Source: a virus
Lineage: Duplodnaviria > Caudoviricetes
Strand: one strand, 5' to 3'
Virus record (IMG/VR): IMGVR_UViG_3300035515_000417
Coordinates: 1-64,000 of that record
Length of the DNA stretch: 64,000 nucleotides
The stretch's first letter is position 1, and each line of letters starts with the position of its first letter. The position numbers were made by a program, and so were the translations under genes. The notes beneath the pieces are model-generated. The model saw nothing but the letters and a program-made list of their open reading frames with translations, did no database searches and was not told where the DNA came from. Of the stretch, positions 10,174 through 20,422 are shown one piece after another.

Positions 10174-12849
10174 ATGATTTATTGGGTAGTTGTTGGAAGA
10201 GAAATGAATGGGCATGAGTTAAAGCATATACTGTTGCTGTCTGATAATGGGCAGAGGCAGACAATGACAGCTAAACAGTTGAAGAACTTCCAAAAGAGTA
10301 ACACAGTAGTGAATGTGAGATATCAAGGTGATAGTTTGACAGGCATAGGTATGAGAATGGTAGATATTCCAACATACAGAAAAAGTCCAAGTGGAAGGCT
10401 TGAGCAGACAAGTGGTTTGACAGAACAACAAATAATACAACAGAGTATGAATTTAATCCAACAATTACAGCAAAAGGATATGCAGAAGAAACAGAAAGAG
10501 GAAAGCCAGAGCCAAGAGGAAACAAATAAAAGAGTACAATGGATATTAACAAGATTAGTTGCAATAGATAAGAGTTTATCATTTTCAAAAGAAATGAAAG
10601 ACCTTACAAATGAACAGATAGCACAGAATGGTGTTATGAGGTACTTGAAACAGTTGGACATTGGAAATGCTGATATGTCAGTAGAGAATATGGTAAAGAA
10701 TTATGGTGTAAGAGGCATAGCGCATCATTTAGATGGTAGCCTTGGAAGACTTGAGAATAGAGCAAAGAAATTTGACCTAATTAATATTGACATATCAAAG
10801 GTAACTCCTTATAGAACAATTCAAGAATATGTAAATACATTAAAGCCTAAGACAAAGGAACTTGTAAAACAGCATGATGAAACATATAGTTTGATTAAGT
10901 CAAATAAAGAGGAATTAACAAAACAGGAGGAAGAACAGAAAAGGCAGGAAAAAGAGCAAAAGAAGCAATTAAAAGAACAAATGGAGGCTTTAGAAAATGA
11001 TGATAATGTCCTAATTATAGAGGGTGAGGATAAATTAAGTGATGAAGAAGCAGACCTGTTAAAAGAGCTTACCTGTGAAAAAGAAAAAGAGGCAGAGCAG
11101 GAAAAAGAGGAAAAAGAAAATTTACCTACATATACAGAAATAAAGGAGGCTCAGCAGAAGGCTGTAAATTATATACATAATGAATCAAAGTCAGGTATAC
11201 TTAAACTTGTAGAGGAGCACTTTGGAATAGAGGATAGTAATTTTGAATCAGAACAGATTGTAAAAGATACACTAATTAAATATGTAAAATATGCAGTAAT
11301 GTCCTCTAGGCAGTTATATGTCAATGAGGAATATTTAATACATGGGCTTAAGAGATTTATTTGTGACAAATATAAAAGAGATTATAACGTAGTTAATGAT
11401 GAGGGTAAGCGATTGATATTTATAGAATCATCAGAGATTACTTCAGGTGACATAGATGAAATATCAAAAACAGTAGCATCTAAGCTGTGTAATAATGAAG
11501 ATATACAATCCATAGCAAAGAAGTACATAAAGAAGTCTGAAGAAGCAGGGCTATTAACTTTCAAAAGAATACTTGAGTTACAAGAGGAAACATATAATTA
11601 TTTTTGGAACACATTCCAAGAAGAGTGCATAGAGGACATAGTAGATAGGTTATTAAGTTATTACTTTAAAGTGTCCACTGTTGGACAGCATTATAAGAAA
11701 GAGGATATACCAGATAGCATTATAAAGGAAATAAAATATACAATAAAGAGTGTGCTTAAAGGAAGTAAAACTTATCATATAGATGATAAGTTAACAAATA
11801 CTAAATATGAGGATAGCATATATTATTCAAGTCCATTAAAGAAATTTATAATAACAAAATATATTAAACATACCCATGGTGGTGGTACTGAAATAAGTAC
11901 AGACAGAATGCTGTATATACCCAAAGAAGAGTTTAAGTATGCAGGAAAAGTTAGTATTGTTATAAGTGCAGTATTTGATATACTTAAGAAAAAGAGCAGT
12001 ATCAAAAAGGAATTTGACAATATGCCATTGTTAGATGACTTGAGAAAAGAGAGTATAGAGCTTAAACGTAAATGGAAAGAAGAGTGCCAAGAGAAGTTGG
12101 CAGATTGTGAGGCAGAACTAAACAATTGTGAAAAAGAGGCAAGCAAGTATGAAAGAGAGTTACCAGAGTTTAGAAGTACCATAGGTGCACAGCTTTGTAA
12201 GAAATACATAAAACAAATGTGGCATACATGTGTTGATGTTAACAATAGTGCTTATATGTTTCCAATGAATCTCTTATGTGCTATAGCTGACGGACTAGCT
12301 GTTGATGACCCAACAGATGTGCACTTTAGAAGTCCAGATTACTTTGAGGTAAGAAATAAATCTGATGTGAATATAGATGTATCTATGATAGCATTAGAAC
12401 CATACTTAGAGGAGGAAAACGAAAATCGTTCAGTTAGAGCTTTTAGAGAAACTTTGGAGGAGGTCTTATATGATAATGCAGAATGCATTAATCTAGATAC
12501 AGTTGATATAGCTTTTAGTAGAGCTTGTGACTTTTTCTGGAATGATGAAATACTAAATGGAATATATTTGGCAGAGAAATATGAGGATGACAAAGAAATA
12601 GAATATTGGCACAATTGGGTATCTAAATTAGTTCATATAGCTGAAGATATATGCAGTGACATAAGAACCACTGAACATTATAAATCAAAAGGCACCTGGG
12701 GGTATAATGAGTTATGTGAAAAGATAGCAAAACTAAAGGAAGAAATTGCAGACCTAAATCAAAAGATAGCTGATTATGATTCAGATATCTGGGGTCTGCA
12801 TAATGGAAAGTGGATAAAAGAAGCACTGGAGTTATATAATGACCTTTGA
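10174..12849 (+). CDS. Large hypothetical protein: repeated ~70-aa N-terminal domain plus coiled coils
   Basis: 891 aa; N-terminus aligns by eye with domains in 53040-53966 and 57004-58098; E/K/Q-rich coiled coils; RBS AAGGAG. Confidence 0.8.
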   Translation: MIYWVVVGREMNGHELKHILLLSDNGQRQTMTAKQLKNFQKSNTVVNVRYQGDSLTGIGMRMVDIPTYRKSPSGRLEQTSGLTEQQIIQQSMNLIQQLQQKDMQKKQKEESQSQEETNKRVQWILTRLVAIDKSLSFSKEMKDLTNEQIAQNGVMRYLKQLDIGNADMSVENMVKNYGVRGIAHHLDGSLGRLENRAKKFDLINIDISKVTPYRTIQEYVNTLKPKTKELVKQHDETYSLIKSNKEELTKQEEEQKRQEKEQKKQLKEQMEALENDDNVLIIEGEDKLSDEEADLLKELTCEKEKEAEQEKEEKENLPTYTEIKEAQQKAVNYIHNESKSGILKLVEEHFGIEDSNFESEQIVKDTLIKYVKYAVMSSRQLYVNEEYLIHGLKRFICDKYKRDYNVVNDEGKRLIFIESSEITSGDIDEISKTVASKLCNNEDIQSIAKKYIKKSEEAGLLTFKRILELQEETYNYFWNTFQEECIEDIVDRLLSYYFKVSTVGQHYKKEDIPDSIIKEIKYTIKSVLKGSKTYHIDDKLTNTKYEDSIYYSSPLKKFIITKYIKHTHGGGTEISTDRMLYIPKEEFKYAGKVSIVISAVFDILKKKSSIKKEFDNMPLLDDLRKESIELKRKWKEECQEKLADCEAELNNCEKEASKYERELPEFRSTIGAQLCKKYIKQMWHTCVDVNNSAYMFPMNLLCAIADGLAVDDPTDVHFRSPDYFEVRNKSDVNIDVSMIALEPYLEEENENRSVRAFRETLEEVLYDNAECINLDTVDIAFSRACDFFWNDEILNGIYLAEKYEDDKEIEYWHNWVSKLVHIAEDICSDIRTTEHYKSKGTWGYNELCEKIAKLKEEIADLNQKIADYDSDIWGLHNGKWIKEALELYNDL

Positions 12850-12945
12850 AATTAATAATAAAATCAATCGAAATTCAAATCATACTTAATCAATAGCATA
12901 TGATTTAAGAGAAATTAATTAAATTTTTAGATTGGAGTCTATAAT

Positions 12946-14091
12946 ATGAGAAAACTAGTAAATGGGAAAGTGATAGAGATAGACAATATAGAATTATTTG
13001 AACTAGCAGCAGAGGGTTTGGCTCTACAGAGTACAGCTATAAGTAATACAGGTGATGGAATAGAGGCAAACATTAACTCTCCACTAGTGAGAAAATACAT
13101 AAAGCAGTATGACATATTCTTTAAGTCAATGCCTTATCCATTATATGCTATAGAAAGTGATATAAAGTATGCTACACTTGGAAATTTTATAAAATCCTTA
13201 TCAAAAGATAGAGTAGTAATGTGGGTGGATAGAGGGTTACATATAAAACTTGATGATGATAGTGGAATGACACTTAAGATAGTAAATAATACATGGAGTA
13301 TAATATATGTAAAAGAATTAAAATTAGATAATACATCAATGGATTTATTTGAGAAAGAAGTTGGATATGAGGAATACAGTTGGTTGTTAAAGAAGATAGT
13401 AAATAAAGAGAATACAGCTAACTTCTACATGGAGTTTATGCCAGAGTTTATAAAGGCGTGCAATTCACAGCCAATGATACTTAAATGGGAATTAGAGAAC
13501 ATATTAACATTTGGTACTGTGCCAAACAAAATGGATTTCAGATTAAATAAGATAATAGAGCCACAAGAAAATATAGAATACTCATTGGATATATTCTTTA
13601 CAGGTACAATAGATAGTGATGAAAAAATACAGTCATGGTCATTGTCAGGAAATAATTGTGGCGTACATACAAAGTATAAGCAAATAAAGACATATGGATT
13701 TGATGCCTACTCAAAGTCAATATCAGCTGATGCAACTGGTGACAATGGTAAATTAAAAGGTTGCAAAGTAAATGGACTGCACAATTTGTTTATGCAGTTA
13801 TGTGGTATAAAGAGTGCATGTGATATGACAAGGTTTCCAGATTTTTATGGAATAATATCAGATAGAAATTTGGTATTTACAATTGAAAAAAGATTGTTCT
13901 TAGCAAAGAGTAACAGATTGGTTGACCCAATAGATATAGCACATGGTGTAGAATTGTATAGCGTTGAACAAAATAAGATTTACTTTATAAAATCTAAAAA
14001 GATAAATGATAGGGTTAGTAAGGAAACATTATATAGTTACAATATAACTAATGGAAATATAAGATTGTGTAAGATATTATACACTTATTAA
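12946..14091 (+). CDS. Hypothetical protein
   Basis: 381-aa ORF, RBS GGAG. Confidence 0.75.
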   Translation: MRKLVNGKVIEIDNIELFELAAEGLALQSTAISNTGDGIEANINSPLVRKYIKQYDIFFKSMPYPLYAIESDIKYATLGNFIKSLSKDRVVMWVDRGLHIKLDDDSGMTLKIVNNTWSIIYVKELKLDNTSMDLFEKEVGYEEYSWLLKKIVNKENTANFYMEFMPEFIKACNSQPMILKWELENILTFGTVPNKMDFRLNKIIEPQENIEYSLDIFFTGTIDSDEKIQSWSLSGNNCGVHTKYKQIKTYGFDAYSKSISADATGDNGKLKGCKVNGLHNLFMQLCGIKSACDMTRFPDFYGIISDRNLVFTIEKRLFLAKSNRLVDPIDIAHGVELYSVEQNKIYFIKSKKINDRVSKETLYSYNITNGNIRLCKILYTY

Positions 14092-14103
14092 GGAAATGAT
14101 AAC

Positions 14104-15105
14104 ATGAACATAGAAGAAATAGCAATGCTACTTGAAAATAATAAGAATAATTTAAAAGATGGGGCATGTTACAAAAGAATATTGAATAGAGGTTGTAATC
14201 TATTGAGGTTCGACCCAATCAATAGGTTGTTAATAGATATACAGAACAAAAAAGCATTTGATATAAAGTCAGAGCAAGAGTGGTTTAATGAAGGTAGAAG
14301 TGTAATAGATAGGAAAAAAGTGGTATATATTTTAATACCCAGAAAAGTTACCTCATACATAGATTCAGAAACCAAGAGAGAATTGGAGGATAATGAGTTA
14401 TCTTCTGTAGAATTAAGTAAAGCAGTTGAACTTGGAATAGTGGACATGGTAGAGAATACTGAGGAGTTGTATTTTCAAGAAATGTATGATATTATGAATA
14501 CAAGGTCAATAAAGAAAAAGGCTGTATATAAGGTATCCAAGATACATATAGGAAAAATGGAACTAGTTAATATATTAAGAAGTGAATTAAATTGTGATGT
14601 TAGAACAAGTAAAATTGACGCAATGACATCAAATATAGATTCACATGTACAGTATAATCACCAAGATAACACCTTGTATATAACCAATACAAAATATAAA
14701 ATATTAGCCACAGAGTTAATAAATATATTGTACAATGAGAAATTAAAGACAGACTTGTACAATGTATGGAACACATTACCAATATCAAGTGATACAGAAT
14801 ATTCAGAAGTAAGAGATTTAGCAGAAAGAAGTTTAAAGTATTCCATATACACATTATTGGGTGTACCACATAACAAAGATACAGATATAAAAGAATCAGA
14901 ACTTAGTAAGTTTAGTGTAGATATAATTTTAAATATTATTAACTCAGTTGATATAATAATATCTGACCTATTAAATTATATAGATTTCAATAAAAATATG
15001 AATAGACTTGATGTAAGTAGTAATGTTAACACAGCAAGAAAGGCTGAAGCAATATTAACAGCCTATGATGCTTGTAGGATATCTAATATGACAAGAGGAA
15101 TGTAA
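14104..15105 (+). CDS. ArdC-like protein (N-terminal ssDNA-binding domain plus degenerate zincin domain)
   Basis: RFDPINRLLIDIQ...SEQEWFNEGRSV...ILIP...YFQEMYDIMNT fits the ArdC-N pattern; the expected HExxH position reads TELIN. Confidence 0.65.
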   Translation: MNIEEIAMLLENNKNNLKDGACYKRILNRGCNLLRFDPINRLLIDIQNKKAFDIKSEQEWFNEGRSVIDRKKVVYILIPRKVTSYIDSETKRELEDNELSSVELSKAVELGIVDMVENTEELYFQEMYDIMNTRSIKKKAVYKVSKIHIGKMELVNILRSELNCDVRTSKIDAMTSNIDSHVQYNHQDNTLYITNTKYKILATELINILYNEKLKTDLYNVWNTLPISSDTEYSEVRDLAERSLKYSIYTLLGVPHNKDTDIKESELSKFSVDIILNIINSVDIIISDLLNYIDFNKNMNRLDVSSNVNTARKAEAILTAYDACRISNMTRGM

Positions 15106-15132
15106 TAAAACAAGAATAATGGAGGATAAGAC

Positions 15133-15927
15133 ATGCAAGACGATTTTGATAACTTTGACTTTGGGTCTGATGATTTTGATAGCTTTGACACTGGTAGTTC
15201 AAGTGACAGTGATTTTGGTGGAGGTGGAATGAGTTCACTAGGTTCATTTAATTCACAGGGTGAGTCATTCACAAGTACAGGTGCAAGTAACCAAGAACAA
15301 GATAATCAGTTCAGCGGGGCATTTGATGATACAGGAAGTGTTGTTCAGGATACAGAAGGAAATAGTACCAAGAAACAAAGTTTAATACTAATTCTCATTG
15401 GTATAGTAGGTGTAATACTTGTAATAGTAATAGCAAGTGCAATAGCTAGACATAGAAACAAGAGTGCAGAACAAGAAACAGTGATAAATACACAAACACA
15501 GGTGCAGACAACTACATCAGTTAGCCAAAACGCTAATGACATATTGGGAACTAAGCAGTCATCTAGTAATACAAATCAGACAACCCAGCAGGCACAGAGC
15601 AATAGTACAGTAGTTACTAACACTAAGGATGCTAATTTTACATGGTCTAATATAACAGATTCAGAGAGTATACAATTTAATGAAACTTATTCAGACATGA
15701 CGTTTACGATTACTCAGATTCAACATAAGGCGAGAGTCATTGATACTAATGGAAATCTAGTTGTTAAAACAACTCTACTAGGTAGTATTTCAGGGTTATC
15801 AGGTACCTTTGAGTTAGATGTCCCATATAATAAAGGAATCCAACTAGTTGTTGGAAATGCCTTTACAGTTCATGTTCAGTTAGGAAATTACAATGGAAAA
15901 ACAGTAGTGGGTGAAGTCACTTATTAA
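15133..15927 (+). CDS. Single-pass membrane protein with Phe/Asp/Gly-rich cytoplasmic N-terminus
   Basis: MQDDFDNFDFGSDDFDSFD..., TM LILILIGIVGVILVIVIASAIA, Ser/Thr/Gln linker, beta-rich C-terminal domain; RBS GGAGG. Confidence 0.8.
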   Translation: MQDDFDNFDFGSDDFDSFDTGSSSDSDFGGGGMSSLGSFNSQGESFTSTGASNQEQDNQFSGAFDDTGSVVQDTEGNSTKKQSLILILIGIVGVILVIVIASAIARHRNKSAEQETVINTQTQVQTTTSVSQNANDILGTKQSSSNTNQTTQQAQSNSTVVTNTKDANFTWSNITDSESIQFNETYSDMTFTITQIQHKARVIDTNGNLVVKTTLLGSISGLSGTFELDVPYNKGIQLVVGNAFTVHVQLGNYNGKTVVGEVTY

Positions 15928-15961
15928 GATTAGGTAAATTGAAAATAAGAATTAAAAATAA

Positions 15962-16246
15962 TTGAAAAACTTTTAAAAAAGTGTTGACACTAGCCGATTA
16001 TGGCGTTATGATATTATTGTAATTAAGGGAAAGGAAATTTTAAGATTGGTTTAGAGATTTTGAAATGGTTTGATAAATTGATAGGATTGATTTAGAAAGG
16101 CATTGAAAAATTTAAAAAATTTTAAAAAAGTACTTGACTTGGTAAGACCAAAGCGTTATGATATAGTTGTTAAAGGAAATAAGAAAGTTTATAGCAAAAA
16201 TAAATTTTAAAAAGTCCTTGACAAATAGAAAATGGTCTAGTATAAT
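15962..16246 (+). promoter_or_regulatory. Three tandem sigma-A promoters with A-tract UP elements
   Basis: TTGACA(15984)-17-TATGAT(16007); TTGACT(16134)-17-TATGAT(16157); TTGACA(16218)-17-TATAAT(16241); each preceded by TTTTAAAAA(A)G. Confidence 0.9.
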
Positions 16247-16305
16247 ATAGGTATAAAGCAAAGGCTTTGTATAAATAACAAAAATAATTTAGGAGGAAAC
16301 AAACA

Positions 16306-17088
16306 ATGGCAGAGACAATTGATAGCGTTTTTGATAACGCAACAGTAATCGCAGAGGACTCAAAAGAAGCTGAAAAGAAAGCAGCAGCAAAAGAGAGAAA
16401 TCAGGAAATGAAGTCAGCATTTCTTGACAGGGTTCAGAATGACCCAACATACCAGGAAAGAAATAAGATTTGGTCTAACTATGTTTCAGTAGTTAACACA
16501 TTAGGTTCTTATAAGGGTTCTGGTAACATTAAGTTAGGTGAGGGTTCTACTAAGGAACACAGAGTTCTTGAGCCTACATCAGCTACAGTAGGATATGTTC
16601 TTTCTTATACAGGTGATACTCCAATTCAGTACAGAACTGAGGAATATACATTCAATCCTGAAACTCAGAAGTATGAGGGAACAACTGTTACAAAGACAGC
16701 AGAGCCTAACTCTAAGATTATCCTTAACAGAAAGAATGCAGCTCTTTTCTGCTCAATCAATGAGATCAGCTTTACAGTAGCAAATGGTATTTTCCATCCT
16801 TCTTCAAAGAAGCTTGGTACAAATGCTACATGGGATGATACACTTAACTCATTCCACTTCAGATTCTCTGATTCTCAGAAGTCAGTAAACGATGATGATG
16901 TTAAGATTATCATTGAGGATGCTGATGGAAACATCAAGGATGAGTATGTTTCAACATTTGGTTACTTACTCAATCCAAAGGACAAGAAAGTTCGTGGTAC
17001 TACAAAGAAAGACGGTACAAAGTATACAGCTCAGGATATCTGCGCAGCATACATTCAGAAAGTTCTTCACGATCAGGGAGTACTTTAA
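16306..17088 (+). CDS. Orphan protein, probably highly expressed
   Basis: 260 aa; AGGAGG RBS; frequent TTC/AAC/ATC/CAG codons unlike its neighbours; own promoters and terminator. Confidence 0.85.
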   Translation: MAETIDSVFDNATVIAEDSKEAEKKAAAKERNQEMKSAFLDRVQNDPTYQERNKIWSNYVSVVNTLGSYKGSGNIKLGEGSTKEHRVLEPTSATVGYVLSYTGDTPIQYRTEEYTFNPETQKYEGTTVTKTAEPNSKIILNRKNAALFCSINEISFTVANGIFHPSSKKLGTNATWDDTLNSFHFRFSDSQKSVNDDDVKIIIEDADGNIKDEYVSTFGYLLNPKDKKVRGTTKKDGTKYTAQDICAAYIQKVLHDQGVL

Positions 17089-17124
17089 TTCTGACGACAG
17101 CGATAGAGTCTTCTATAAATATAC

Positions 17125-17156
17125 AAGGGCACCTAGGTCAACTGGGTGTCCTTTTT
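17125..17156 (+). terminator. Rho-independent terminator
   Basis: aagggcacctag-gtcaa-ctgggtgtcctt followed by a T-tract. Confidence 0.85.
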
Positions 17157-17200
17157 GATTTTGTAAGGAACAAAGTTTAACAAGAATTTACTTGTAGATA

Positions 17201-17225
17201 AGCAATAAAATATAATAGGTATAAT
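17201..17225 (+). promoter_or_regulatory. AGCA-N15-TATAAT promoter-like motif
   Basis: AGCA 17201-17204, TATAAT 17220-17225; same spacing at 17809, 48822 and 54699. Confidence 0.55.
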
Positions 17226-17249
17226 TTTTAAATAAAGAGGTAGTTTAAA

Positions 17250-17807
17250 ATGAGTAGGTATGCACGTATAAAATATGAGGGTACTACAATAGGAAATGTA
17301 GAGGTTCTGAATTACCTGGGTAACAGAAAGTACCTATGCAGATGTAAATTATGTGGACAACAGTTTGAAGTTACAAGTGAGGCTTTAAGGCTTAGAACAA
17401 TTAATAAAAATGATAAATTGATTAGGTTTAGTGACCACACTGCAATTCATATGGTTGGACAGAGTATAGGAAATTTTGATATATTGAAATATCTTGGTAA
17501 TGATAGATTTGAGGTCAGATGTAAAAAGTGTGGTAACACTAGCACAGTTTCATATAGCGGTGTAACTTCAAGCCCAAAGTATAAGGGGTATGGCTGTAGC
17601 AAATGTTGTAACAATGTTTTTATAGATGAAACTAATAAGATATATGGTGACTTCTTTGTTAATAAATATGTGGGCAAGGGAAAGTATTTATGTACATGTA
17701 CAAAATGTGGATATACAAAATATACACTTGGGGCTAACTTGAGAAAAGAAAAGTTCTGTGAGTGTATAAAGTGTAGGTCAATGAGAAAAGGGAATGAACT
17801 TGTTTGA
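17250..17807 (+). CDS. Cys-rich zinc-ribbon repeat protein (homing-endonuclease-type DNA-binding repeats, no nuclease domain)
   Basis: Three repeats G..IG...VL.YLG...Y.C.C..CG; homologous by eye to the N-termini of 41477 and 43083. Confidence 0.7.
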   Translation: MSRYARIKYEGTTIGNVEVLNYLGNRKYLCRCKLCGQQFEVTSEALRLRTINKNDKLIRFSDHTAIHMVGQSIGNFDILKYLGNDRFEVRCKKCGNTSTVSYSGVTSSPKYKGYGCSKCCNNVFIDETNKIYGDFFVNKYVGKGKYLCTCTKCGYTKYTLGANLRKEKFCECIKCRSMRKGNELV

Positions 17808-17808
17808 T

Positions 17809-17833
17809 AGCATAAAAATATGTAAGGTATAAT
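17809..17833 (+). promoter_or_regulatory. AGCA-N15-TATAAT promoter-like motif upstream of dnaX
   Basis: AGCA 17809-17812, GG-TATAAT 17828-17833. Confidence 0.55.
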
Positions 17834-17871
17834 ATTTTAATTTTTAGAACAATTAGGAGAAAATGTGATAC

Positions 17872-19296
17872 ATGGAAAATGAAGATAGAAGCAGTTGGTA
17901 TAACAAGTACAGACCTAAGACATTGGAAGAATACTCAGGTAGAGCAATAAAAGACATTGTAGAAAAGAGATTTACAAAAAGGGCAAATATGCCACAAGTA
18001 ACATTTATTCAAGGTACAAGAGGTTGTGGTAAGACCACATTGAGTAGAATTTTGTCTAAGTATTATTTATGCCAGAACTTTACAGAGGAAGGACCTTGCG
18101 GACATTGTGAAATGTGTCAGGCTATAGATGAAATATTGATAAGTGCTGAAAATTTTGGTGTAGAGTGTCCTGGTGTTACAGAGTTAGCAGCTGATAGGTT
18201 TAATACTAAAGAGGCAGTACAAGAGGTACTTGAGGATGCAATGCAGGTGCCAATTTATACAGAATATAAGGTATTAATTATAGACGAGGTGCATGAATTA
18301 TCTAAGTCAGCTCAGACCAGTATGCTAAAGATACTTGAGGAACCACCAAAACATCTTATAGTAATAATGGCTACCACTAATCCTGAACAGGTATTGAACA
18401 CTATATTAAGTAGATGTCAATTAATACTAACTGCTAAAAAGCAGACAATAGCAGATATGACTGATAGGTTACTTACTATAAGTGAGAAAGAGGGATTAAC
18501 TGTAAGTAGAGAAGCTCTTGAAGTAATATCAAAAGCTGGCGGACGAGTACCAAGGGACTGTATAAAATTACTTGAGTCAATTGCAAAGACATATGGAGAT
18601 GAAGTAACAGTTGATATAGTAAAGGAATATGTAGGTACAACATCCTCTGATATGTATATGCAGTATTTTAAGGCAGCTAACAGTTCTCTTGCAGATATAC
18701 TTGAATTTGTAAAACTTGTGCAGGACAAAGATACAAATTTGGCAGAGTTTGTAGACGGACTCATGGAATTTGTAGTAGATGCAATGTATATAAAGTTTGG
18801 TATAGCCTATGATGAATATACTACAGATTTTATAAAGAGCATTAAGGAATTGTTTTCAATGTATGATTCAAGTGAATTTGACACATTGATGCAAATAATA
18901 GAATACCTTACAAATCATATAACAAAGGATAGGGATAATAGAAATACAATGTTATTAATAACTACTGCAATGAGAATAGGTAAGATAAACTTATTAGCAA
19001 ATGGACTTGCATCTGAACAATCAGAGGCAGTAGCAGAAAACAAGATTTCAGTTTATGAGCATAGTAAGATGTTGCAGAGCAATAATAGCGAAATTATTGA
19101 GCAGACCAAAATAAATTTGGACCTTGAAATGATAAAGGATGAGTTTAAGGATTCTTCACAGGTAATTGATACTGGAAACTTGTTAGATAATGTTGAGATA
19201 CCTTATATAGATTTGGATTCAGATATAGAACCAGAGGAGGAACAGAGTAAAGTTAAGAGCCTAGGTAGTGAGGTAGACGAGTTCTTTAAGGACTAA
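17872..19296 (+). CDS. dnaX: DNA polymerase III subunit gamma/tau (clamp-loader ATPase)
   Basis: WYNKYRPKTL, Walker A GTRGCGKTT, C...PCGHCEMC zinc site, IIDEVHEL, LLKILEEPP-like MLKILEEPP, SRC motif. Confidence 0.93.
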   Translation: MENEDRSSWYNKYRPKTLEEYSGRAIKDIVEKRFTKRANMPQVTFIQGTRGCGKTTLSRILSKYYLCQNFTEEGPCGHCEMCQAIDEILISAENFGVECPGVTELAADRFNTKEAVQEVLEDAMQVPIYTEYKVLIIDEVHELSKSAQTSMLKILEEPPKHLIVIMATTNPEQVLNTILSRCQLILTAKKQTIADMTDRLLTISEKEGLTVSREALEVISKAGGRVPRDCIKLLESIAKTYGDEVTVDIVKEYVGTTSSDMYMQYFKAANSSLADILEFVKLVQDKDTNLAEFVDGLMEFVVDAMYIKFGIAYDEYTTDFIKSIKELFSMYDSSEFDTLMQIIEYLTNHITKDRDNRNTMLLITTAMRIGKINLLANGLASEQSEAVAENKISVYEHSKMLQSNNSEIIEQTKINLDLEMIKDEFKDSSQVIDTGNLLDNVEIPYIDLDSDIEPEEEQSKVKSLGSEVDEFFKD

Positions 19297-19380
19297 TGAG
19301 TAAAATTGAATACATATGAGATACAAGTGTTGTAAAATATAGTGCAGTAATATTGTTAATTATAGCAAGGTATGAGTAGG

Positions 19381-19416
19381 AGACCACATTATAAAATATT
19401 GATGTGGTCTTTTATT
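19381..19416 (+). terminator. Terminator-like hairpin after dnaX
   Basis: AGACCACAT-12 nt-ATGTGGTCT followed by TTTATTT. Confidence 0.7.
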
Positions 19417-19530
19417 TATGCCTTGTTTTTAGTTAGTGGAAATTTTAATAATTTAATGAATATTTTAAATGTCGAAAGACATTTGGGATATAAATACTAT
19501 ACAATAATTAAAGAGAGGAGAAGTCTAATT

Positions 19531-20397
19531 ATGAAGAGAGTAGCATTATTAACTCTGTCTTGCTTATTGGTGTTTGGTAGTGTAAGTGTAGCTTATGCAT
19601 CATCTCTTGATGATATTATAGCACAATCTACAGATTCAACTGACAATAGCAGTGTATCGCAGGAAAGTGCTGAACCAGTACAAGAGCAGACACCAGCAGT
19701 AACAAATAGCCAGAGCACAGTGCAGTCAAACAGTGACTATGCAGAACAGTACATGAACGATTTGAAAAATGCCACTAAATTGGACACACCATCCGCAGCA
19801 GCAACTAAGGTAAATCAAGGTATAAAAACCTTTGCATCCTTTGTTGTTCAAGTAATAGCTTATGCTGTTACAGCCTTACTAGTTGTAAGGGTTTTAATAG
19901 ACCTTATGTATATATGTATACCATTTCTTAGGTCTAAATTAGCCAATGGTTATCAAGGAAATGCACAGGCTGGTGGCGGTGCACAAGGTGGTAACAGTGG
20001 ATTTGGCGGAGGCGGCTTCGGTGGAGGTGGCTTCGGCAATAGCGGCTTTGGCGGAGGCTACGGTGGTGGCTTCGGTGGAGGTGGATTTGGTAACAGTAGC
20101 TTTGGTGGAGGGGGCTTCGGTGGTGGCATGAACCAAGGTAACCAAGCTTCACCTGCTACAGGTAGAGTACAGTGGGTATCTGAAGCAGCATTAAATGCTG
20201 TGGCAGCAGGTGCTGTAGTTGACCAGAACAATAAGCCAATAAGTCCACTTAAAGCTTATGCAAAGGACATGGTTCCTACTCTAGTAATAACACCAATATT
20301 ACTAGTTCTTGCTATAACTGGTGTACTTACAGACCTTGGATTCTTAATTGGTAACGTTATAGCAAATGCAGTAAGTGGTATTTCAACAATGTTATAA
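19531..20397 (+). CDS. Pilin-like membrane protein, paralog 1, with Gly/Phe-rich loop
   Basis: Start moved to ATG 19531 (RBS GAGGAG); signal peptide, TM ending IDLMYICIP, GGGF repeats, C-terminal TMs. Confidence 0.7.
   Translation: MKRVALLTLSCLLVFGSVSVAYASSLDDIIAQSTDSTDNSSVSQESAEPVQEQTPAVTNSQSTVQSNSDYAEQYMNDLKNATKLDTPSAAATKVNQGIKTFASFVVQVIAYAVTALLVVRVLIDLMYICIPFLRSKLANGYQGNAQAGGGAQGGNSGFGGGGFGGGGFGNSGFGGGYGGGFGGGGFGNSSFGGGGFGGGMNQGNQASPATGRVQWVSEAALNAVAAGAVVDQNNKPISPLKAYAKDMVPTLVITPILLVLAITGVLTDLGFLIGNVIANAVSGISTML
19972..20127 (+). repeat. GC-rich GGGF/FG coding repeat
   Basis: Encodes GGGAQGGNSGFGGGGFGGGGFGNSGFGGGYGGGFGGGGFGNSSFGGGGFGGG. Confidence 0.85.
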
Positions 20398-20422
20398 TAG
20401 TGTGTGACATAGGAGAAATAAA

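Noticed and set aside
19372-19530. Track start for the Gly-rich membrane protein
   Set aside because: The extension spans a terminator hairpin; ATG 19531 has a GAGGAG RBS and begins a signal peptide
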